Shown here: positions 56,201 to 64,000 of the stretch, in pieces
Layout: every line of letters starts with the position of its first letter
Position numbering within the stretch: the first letter of the stretch is position 1
Assembly: GCF_009914755.1 (NCBI RefSeq)
Contig: NC_060932.1
Strand: one strand, 5' to 3'
Length of the DNA: 64,000 nucleotides
Origin: the human T2T-CHM13v2.0 reference genome, Homo sapiens
Notes under the pieces: generated by a model
Told to the model about the DNA's origin: nothing
Database searches by the model: none
The model's input: only the letters and a program-made list of their open reading frames with translations
Made by a program: the position numbers and the translations under genes

Positions 56201-59200
56201 GGAGCATGGTGCCTGTGTCTCTCGTGGAAGGACCCCACAAGTGACAACGGGGACGAAGAATGGAGTGAGCAGCCAGCAGAGGCTTAGGAGGACCTTGAGG
56301 CCGGAAGAGGGGAGAAGCGATGAGAATGCAGGGAATGCTTGGAGCCTCCCAAAGAGGCTTCTCCCACTTCAGAGGCCCCCACGGCTGTCCCAGGCGGGCT
56401 GTAAATCCCCAAGCTTTGAATCAGGATCCCTGTGTTTCTTGCAGAAGGTTCCCAGAAGCAAAAACGGGGCCGCAAAGTGGGGTGAGCGAGCCACAGGGAC
56501 TGAGGGGGACGTTGAGGCAGGCAGAAGAGAGAAGTGTGGAAACCTCAGGGAATGCTGGGAGCCTCCCAAAAATGCCTCTTTCATCCCAGTAGCCACCAGG
56601 GTCTTCCCGGAAGGAATATAAAGCCCCAGGCTTTGGAGCAGTGTACTTGTGTCTTTCAGAAAAGAGCCCCACAAGCAAAAATTGTGCCGCAGGGTGGCTG
56701 GGGAGGGCAGCAGAAACCGAGGGAGACACCAAAGCAGGCAGAGAGGAGAAGCAGCCAGACGGCAGGGAATACTGGGAGTATTCATAAAAAGCCACTCCCA
56801 TCCCAGAAGCCCCCAGGGTTATCCCAGAAGCCCCCAGGGCTATCCCAGGAGTGCTCCAAAGCCCCAGGTTTTGGTGCAGGGTGCCCGTTTCTCTCGTGGA
56901 AGGCCCCCACAAGCGAAAACGGGGCCGCATGGTGGTGTGGTTGGCTGGCAGGGACTCAGGGAGTTGTTGAGGCAGGCAAAGGGGAGAAGTGGCGAGACCA
57001 CATTGGATCCTGGGAGCTTCCCAAGGAGCCCTCTCCCATCTCAGAAGCCCCCAGGGGTGCCCCAGGCAGGCTGTAATGCCCCAGGCTTTTGAGCAGGGTG
57101 CCTGTGGCTCTAGCGGAAGGCTGCCACAATCAAAAACAAGACCACAGGGAGGCGTGGGCTGGACGCAGGGACTAAGGGGGATGTTGAGGCAGGCAGAGGG
57201 TTGAATTGTTGAGAGTGCAGGGAATGCTGGGAGCCTCGCAAGGAGGCCTCTCCCATCCCAGAAGCCCCAAGGGCTGTTCCAGGCGGGCTCTAAAGCCCCA
57301 GGCTTTGGAGCAGGGTGCCTGTGTCTCTCGCGTAAGGTCCCCAGAAGTGAAAACGGGGCAATCATGCAGCGTGGGGGGCCGCAGGGATTCAGGTGGACAT
57401 TGAGGCAGGCAGAGGGGAGAAGCGGCGAGACTGTAGAAAATGCTGGGACCCTCCCAAGATGGCCTCTCCCATCCCAGAAGCACCCAGGACTGTCCCAGGT
57501 TGTAAAGCCCCAGGATTCAGAGCAGGGTCTCAGTATCTCTCCTGGAAGGCACCCACAAGAGAAATCAGGGCCGCAGGGTGGCATGGGTAGGCAGCAGGGA
57601 CACAGGGGGACGTTGAGGTAGGCAGAGGTCTGAAGCAGAGAGACCGCAAGGAATGTGGGGGGCTCCCAAAAAAACCTCTCCCATCCCAGAAGGCCCCAGG
57701 GATATCTCGGGCTTCCTGTAAAGCCCCAGGCTTTGCAGCAGGGTGACTGTGTCTCTCACAGAAGGCCCCTACAAGTGAAAACGGGGCCGTAGTGTGGCGT
57801 GGGCGGGGCACAGGGAGTCAACAAGACTTTGAGGCAGGCATAGGGGAGAAGCGACGAGACTGCAGGGAAGGCTAAAAGCCTTCCAAGGAGGCCTCTCCCA
57901 TCTCAGAAGGCCCAGGGCTGTCCCAGTTGGGCTGTAAAGCCCCAGGCTTCGGTGCAGGGTGACTGTGTCTCTTGCAGAAGGACCCCTCAAGCAAAAACGG
58001 GGCCGAAGGGTGGTGTGGTCTGGCCGTAGCGACTGAGGCAGACGTTGAGGCAGGCAGAGGGGAGAAGAGGCAACACACAGGGAATGCTTGGAGCCTCCTG
58101 TCAGGCCTCTCCCATCCCAGAAGACCCAGAGCTGTCTCGGAGGGCTGTAAAGCCCCAGGCTTTGGAGCAGGGTGCCTGTGTCTCTCGCGGAAGGCACCCA
58201 TAAGCGAAAACGGGGTCGCAGTGTGGCGTGGGAGGGCCGCAGGGATTAAGGGGAATCTTGAGGCAGGCTGAGAGGAGAAGCAGCGAGACAGCAGGGAATG
58301 CTGAGAGACACCCAAGAAGGCATCTCCCATCCCAGAAGCCCCCAGGGCTGTCCTGTGGGGGCTGTAAAACCACAGGTTTAGGAGCAGTGTGCCTGTGTCT
58401 CTCACGGGAGGCCCCCACAAGCAAAAACGAGGCCACAGGGTGGCGTGGGCTGGCCACAGGGACTCATGGAGACTTAGAGGCAGGCAGAGGGGAGAAGCAG
58501 CAAGACCGCAAAAATTGCTGGGAGCCTCCCAAGGTCGGATCTCCCAACCCAGAAGTCCCCAGGGCTGTCCTGGCAGTACTGTAAAACCCCTCGCTTTGGA
58601 GTAATGTGTCTGTGTCTCTCGTGGAGGCCCCTACAAGCGGAAACAGGGCCTCAGGGTGGCATGGACGGGCCACAAGGACTCAGAGGAAAGTATAGGCAGG
58701 CAGATGGGGGAGGCGCTGATACAGCAGGGAATGCTGGGAGCCTACCGCTGAGGCTTCTCCCTTCCCAGACGCCCCCAGGGCTGTCCCGGGCAGGATTGTA
58801 TAGCCACAGGCTTTTGATCAGCGTGCCTGTGACTCTCATGTAAGGCCCCCAGAAGCAAAAACAGGGCAGCAGGGTGGCATGGGTGGGCCACAGGCACTCA
58901 GCGAGACATAGAAACAGGCTCATTGGAGAAATAGTGAGGCCGCAGGAAATGCTAGGAGCCTCTCAAGGAGGCCTCTCCCATTTTAGAAGTCCCAGGCTTC
59001 AGAGCAGGGTGTCTGTGTCTCTCGCGGAAGGCAAGTGAAAATGGGGATGCAGGGTGGAGTGAGTGGCGGCGGGGACTCAGGGAGACATTGAGATAGGCAG
59101 AGGTTAGAAGCGGTGAGACTACAAGAAGTGCTGGGGCCCTCCCAAGAAGACCTCTTGCATCCCAGAAGCCCCTGGGGTTGTCCCGGGTTGGCTGTAAAGC

Positions 59201-61117
59201 CGTAGGCTTTGAACCAGTGTACCTGTGTCTCTTGTGGAAAGCCTCCACAAACAAAAACAGGGACTCAGGATGGAGTGGGAGGGTGGCAGAGACTCAGGGG
59301 GAGGTTGAGGTCAGCAGAGCGGAGAAGCGGTGGGAATGCAGGTAATGCTGGGAGCCTCCCAAGGAGGCCTCTCCCATTTCAGAAGCCCTCGTGTTGTCCC
59401 AGGCGGGCTGTAATGCCCCAGGCTTTGAACCAGTGTGCCTGTGTCTCTTGCAGAAGGGTCCCACAACCGAAAACAAAGCCACAAGGTGGTGGCGGCAGGT
59501 TGCAGAGACTTAGGGTGACATTGAGGCAGGCAAAGGGAAGAATAGCTGAGACCGCAGGGAATGCTGGGAGCCTCCCAAGGATGCCTCTCCCATCCCAATA
59601 GCCACCAGGGCCCTCCCAGGTGGGGTATAATGCCCCAGGCTTTGGAGCAGTGTGCCTGTGTCTTTCGCAAAAGACCCCACAAGCAAAAACCGTGAGGCAG
59701 GGTGGCTGGGGCAAGTGGCAGAAACTCAAGGGGACTTTGAAGCAGGCAGAGAGGAGAAGCAGCAAGTCCGCAGGGAATGCTGGGAGTATCCATAGGAAGC
59801 CACTCCCATCGCTGAAGCCCCCAGGCTGTCCCGGGCAGGCTATAAAGCCCCAGGCTTTGGCGCAGGGTGCTCTTGTCTCTAGTGGAAAACCCACACAAGC
59901 AAAAATGGGGCCGCAGGGTGGCCAGGGCGGGCCGCAGGGACTCAGGGGTAAGTTGAGGCAGGCAAAAGGGAGAAGTGGTGAGACCGCGGGGAATGCTTGG
60001 AGCCTCACAAGGAGGCCTCTGCCATCTCAGAAGCCCCCAGGGCTGTCCCAGATGGGTTGTAAAGGCCCAGGCTTTGGAGCAGGGTGACTGTGCCTCTCAT
60101 GGAAACCTTCCACAAGAGAATACGGGGCAGTATGGTGGCGTGGACGGGCTGCAGAGACACAGGGATAAATGAGGCAGGCAGAGGGAAGAAGCGGTGAGAT
60201 TGCAGGGAGTGCTGGGAGCCTCCCAAAGACGCCTCTCCCATCCCAGAAGCCCCCAGGGCTGTCCCGGGCGGGCTGTAAAGCCCCAGGCTTCAGAGCACGT
60301 TGCCTGTGTCTCTCGCTGAAGGCCCCTACAAGCAAATATGGGGCCGCAGGGTGGTGTGGATGGGCCTCAGGGACTCAGGTGGAAATCGAGGCAGGCAGAG
60401 GTGGGAAGCGCTGAGACCACAGGGAATGCTGGGAGCCTCCCAAAGAAATTTCTCTCATCCCAGAAGCCCCCAGGGGTGTCCTGGGCGGGCTGTAAAGCCC
60501 CAGGCTTTGGAGCAGGGTGACTGTATCTCTCACGGAAGGTCCCCAGAAGTGAAAACGGGGCTTCAGTGTGGTGTGGGCGGGCTGCAGGGACTCAGCCAGA
60601 CATTGAAGCAAGGTACGCAGAGAGGAGAATCAGCGAGATCACAGGGAAGGCTGAATCTCCCAAGGAGTCCTCTCCCATTTCAGAAGCCCCTAGTGCTGTC
60701 CCAATCAGGCTGTAAAGTTCCAGGCTTTGGTACAGGGTGCCTGTATCTCTCGTGGAATGATTTCACAAGCGACAACAAGGCCAAAGGGTGGCATGGGAGG
60801 ACCACAGGGACTCAGGGAGACGTTGAGGCAGGCAGAAGGGAGAAGCGGTGAGCACGCAGAAAATGCTGGGAGACTTTTATAAGTCCTCTCCCATCCCAGA
60901 AGGCCCAGGGCTCTCCCGGCGGTTTCTAAAGATCCATGCTTTGGAGCAGAGTGCCTGTGTCTCTTGCGGAACGCAACCACAAGCAAAAACGGGGCCGCAG
61001 GATGGCGTGCTTGGGCGGCAGGGACTCATGGAGACGTTGAGGCAGGCAGAGGGGAGAAGCAGCGACACAGCAGGGAATGCTGGGAGACACCCAAGAAGAT
61101 CTCTCTCATCCCAGAAG
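32296..61117 (+). repeat. Gamma satellite (GSAT) array 2, left part (~133 monomers)
   Basis: Same 217-bp consensus as array 1, with scattered internal deletions and duplications. Confidence 0.93.
56800..56848. repeat. 21-bp tandem duplication inside a GSAT monomer
   Basis: atcccagaagcccccagggtt / atcccagaagcccccagggct / atcccag. Confidence 0.9.
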
Positions 61118-61293
61118 TGAAGGGGTGGCCTGCCCCTCCACACCTGTGGGTATTTCTAGTTGGGTGGGATGAGAGACTGAGAAAAGAAATAAGACACAGA
61201 GACAAAGTATAGAGAAACAACAGTGGGCCCAGGGGACCAGCACTCAGCACACCAAGGGCCCGCACCGACATTGGCCTCTGAGTTCCCTCAGCT

Positions 61294-61299
61294 TTTATT
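61294..61299 (-). terminator. LTR polyadenylation signal AATAAA
   Basis: The minus strand reads TCAATAAAAGCTGAGGGAACTCAGAGG at the expected R-region position of HML-2 LTRs. Confidence 0.8.
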
Positions 61300-61585
61300 G
61301 ATTATTATTTTCATTATTTCAGTAAAAAGGAATGTAGTAGGAGGGCAGGGTGATAATAAGGAGAAGGTCAGCAAAACACATGTGAGCAAAATAATCTATG
61401 TCATAATTAAGTTCAAAGGAAGGTACTATGACTGGACGTGCACATAAGCCAGATTTATATTTCTCTCCACCCAAACATCTCAGTGGAGTAAAGAATAACA
61501 AGGCAGCATTGCTGCAAACATGTCTCACCTCCCACCATAGGGTGGTTTTTCTCTGATCTCATTATTGAACAAATGTACAATCGGG

Positions 61586-61592
61586 TTTTATA
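61586..61592 (-). promoter_or_regulatory. LTR TATA-like box (TATAAAA)
   Basis: The minus strand reads CGGTATAAAACCCGATTGTAC, the conserved HML-2 LTR TATA context. Confidence 0.75.
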
Positions 61593-62146
61593 CCGATACA
61601 TTCAGTTCCCAGGGGCAGGCAGGAGACAGTGGCCTTCCTCTATCTCAACTGCAAGAGGCTTTCCTCTCTTACTAATCCACCTCAGCACAGACCCTTTATG
61701 GGTGCTGGGCTGGGGGACGGTCAGGTCTTTCTCATCCCACAAGGCCATATTTCAGACTATCACATGGGGAGAAACCTTGGACAATACCCCGCTTTCAAGG
61801 GCAGAGGTCCCTGCGGCTTTCTGCAGTGCATTATGCCCCTGGCTTATTGAGACTAGAGAATAGTGATGACTTTTACCACGTATACTGCTTGTAAGCATTT
61901 TGTTAGCAAGGCACAGCCTGCACAGCCCTAGATCCCTTAAACCTTTATTTTATACAACACATGTTTTTGTGAGCTCCAGGTTGGGTCAAAGTGGCTGGGT
62001 CAAAGTGGTTGCCGCAAAGCTACAAATTAACAACATCTCAGCAAAGCAATTGTTTAAAGTACAGGTCTTTTTCAAAATGGAGTCTCTTACATCTTTCCTT
62101 TCCACATAGACACAGTAACAGTCTGATATCTCTTTTTTTCCATACA

Positions 62147-64000
62147 CAGAAGCCCTTAGGCCTGTCCAGGGCGGGATGTAGAGCCCCAGGCTTTGAAGCA
62201 GAGTGCCTCTCTCAAGGAAGGCACCCACAAGCGAAAACAAGGCTGCAGGGTGGCGTGGTCGGGTGGTAGGTACTCAGGGAAACGTTGAGGCAGGCAGAGA
62301 GAAGAAGCAGTGAGACCACAGCAAAAGCTGGGAGACTCCCAAGGAGGCCTCTCCTATGAGAGAAGCCCACAGGGCTGTACCCGGAAAGCTGTTAAACCCC
62401 CAGGTTTTGAGCAGGGTGCCTGTGTCTCTCACGGAAGGCCCCCACAAGAGAAAATGGGGCCGCAGGGTGGTGTGTACTGGTCGCAGGGACTCGGGACGAT
62501 GTTGAGTCAGAGACGGGAGAAGCAGAGAGATGAGAGGGAATGCTAGGAGCCTTCCTAGGAGGCCTCTCCCATCCCAGAAGCCCCCAGGGCTGTCCCCTGT
62601 CGGTCTGTAAAGCCCCAGGCTTTGGAGCAGGGTGACTGTGTCTCTCGCTGAAGGCCCCCACAAGTGAAAACAGAACCACACGGTAGCATGTGCAAGCCGC
62701 AGGGACGTGGGGGGACGTAGAGGAAGGCAAAGGAAAGAAGCGGCGAGACCGCAGGGAATTTTGGGAGCCTCCCATGAGGCCTCTCCGATTTCAGAAGCCC
62801 CCAGGGCTGTCCCTGGAGGGCTGTAGATCCACAGTCTTTGGAGCAGTGTGCCTGTGTCTCTTCCTAAAAACAACCCACAAGCTAAAACGGCGCCACAGAG
62901 TGGCGTCGTTGGGTGGCAGGGACTCAGAGGGACACTGAGGCTCGCAGACGGGAGAAGCGGCGAGACCGCAGGGAATGCTGGAAACCTCCCAAGCTGGCCT
63001 CTTCCATCCCGGAAGCCCCCAGGGCTGTCCGGTGCGGGCTGTAAAGCCCCAGATTTTGGAACAGGTTTCCTGTGTCTCTTGCCATAGGCCAACACAAGCG
63101 AAAACGGGGCCATAGAGTGGCATGGGCGGGCATCAGGGACATAGGGGGACGTTGAAGCAGGCAGAGGGGAGAAGCAGTGAGACAACAGGGGATGCTGTGA
63201 GCCCCCCATAAGACATCTCCCATCCCAATAGCCCCCAGCCTCCCCTGGGCATGCTGTAAAGCCCCAGGCTTTGGAGTAGGGTGCATGTGTCTCTCACAGA
63301 AGCCCTCCACAAGCGGAGATGGGGCCGCAAGTTGGCGTGGGAGGGACACAGGAACTCAGGGGGATGTTAAGTCCGTCATTGGGGAGTAGTGGTGAGACCG
63401 CAGGTGTTGCTTGAAGCATCCACACCAGAACCTCCCAGGGCTGTCCCTGGCCAGCTGTAAAGCCCCAGACTTTGGATCAGGGTGCCTGTGTCTATCACGG
63501 AAGGACCCCACAAGTGAATATGGGGCCGCAGGTGGCGCGTTTTGACGGCAGAGACCCTGGGAAACATTGAGGCAGGAAGATGGGGGAAGCGGTGGATGGC
63601 AGGGAATGCTGGGAGCCTCCCAAGTTGGCCTCTTTTATCCCAGAAGCCCCCAGGGCTGTCCCGGGCTGGCTATAAAGCCCCAGGCTTTGGAGCAGGTTGC
63701 TTGTGTCTCTTGCAGAAGGCACCCACAAGCAAAAACGACACAGCAGGATGACATGGGCAGGCTGCAGGGACTAAAAGGAACATTGAGACAGGCAGACGGG
63801 GGATGCCACGAGACCACAGGCAATGCTGGGAGTCTCCCAAAGCCTCTCCCATCCCCGAAGCTCCCAAGGCTGTCACAGTCATGCTGTAAATCTTCAGGCC
63901 TTAGAGCAGGGAGCTTGTGTCTCTGGCTGAAGTACCCCAAGAATGAAAACGTTACTGGAGGGTGGCATGGGAGGGTCATAGGGAGTCAGGGGGACGTTGA
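62147..64000 (+). repeat. Gamma satellite (GSAT) array 2, right part; runs off the window end
   Basis: The monomer resumes in register after the TSD (cagaag-cccttaggcctgtcc...). Confidence 0.93.

Larger units (their letters stand above)
61118..62146 (-). mobile_element. Solo LTR of HERV-K(HML-2), LTR5A-type, 1029 bp
   Basis: The minus strand starts TGTATGGAAAAAAAAGAGATATCAGACTGTTACTGTGTCTATGTGG and ends CAGGTGTGGAGGGGCAGGCCACCCCTTCA (TG...CA termini). It contains the HML-2 core 'GTATTGTCCAAGGTTTCTCCCCATGTGATAGTCTGAAATATGGCC'. Perfect 6-bp TSD CAGAAG at 61112-61117 and 62147-62152. Length and internal segments fit LTR5A rather than LTR5_Hs. No PBS or gag adjacent. Confidence 0.93.

Noticed and set aside
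5852-61117. Regularly spaced conserved motifs resembling a CRISPR array or a prokaryotic repeat system
   Set aside because: The whole unit is repeated and there are no unique spacers or cas genes. Alu, alpha satellite and an HERV-K LTR identify this as primate DNA.
61118-62146. SVA element (SINE-R next to GC-rich repeats) or full provirus
   Set aside because: The LTR is complete with TG...CA ends and a 6-bp TSD. There is no CCCTCT hexamer, Alu-like region, env fragment or poly(A), and the flanks are in-register gamma satellite on both sides.
5852-64000. Hundreds of overlapping ORFs up to 387 aa (e.g. 56421-57584, 35909-36856, 17405-18337, 62274-63209)
   Set aside because: They are translations of a GC-rich, stop-poor 217-bp repeat. 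Because 217 is not a multiple of 3, the same three peptides (GNAGSLPRRPLPSQKPPG, MLGASQGGLSHPRSPQG, RECWEPPKEASPIPEAP) cycle through the frames. Frames are broken at random, both strands are equally open, and no domain is recognisable.

Overview
This is primate (most likely human or great-ape) pericentromeric satellite DNA. I find no credible protein-coding gene, RNA gene or CRISPR array, and the ORF track is an artefact of GC-rich tandem repeats. Layout: diverged monomeric alpha satellite (1-3434, containing an AluY) | about 11 monomers of a variant gamma satellite in reverse orientation (3435-5851) | about 74 monomers of 217-bp gamma satellite (GSAT) in forward orientation (5852-21937) | monomeric alpha satellite (21938-31244) | about 5 reverse-variant gamma monomers (31245-32295) | forward GSAT to the end, interrupted by a solo HERV-K(HML-2) LTR5A with a 6-bp target-site duplication (61118-62146). 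The main observation is that the unit [alpha | reverse gamma variant | forward GSAT] occurs twice. Shared rare variants suggest an ancient tandem duplication of about 26-28 kb. Copy 2 keeps a strand-switch junction centred on the monomer's internal palindrome, while copy 1 appears to lack about 139 bp across that centre and part of the alpha/gamma junction. The chromosome 8 pericentromere is a plausible location but cannot be confirmed from the sequence alone. All alignments were done by eye.
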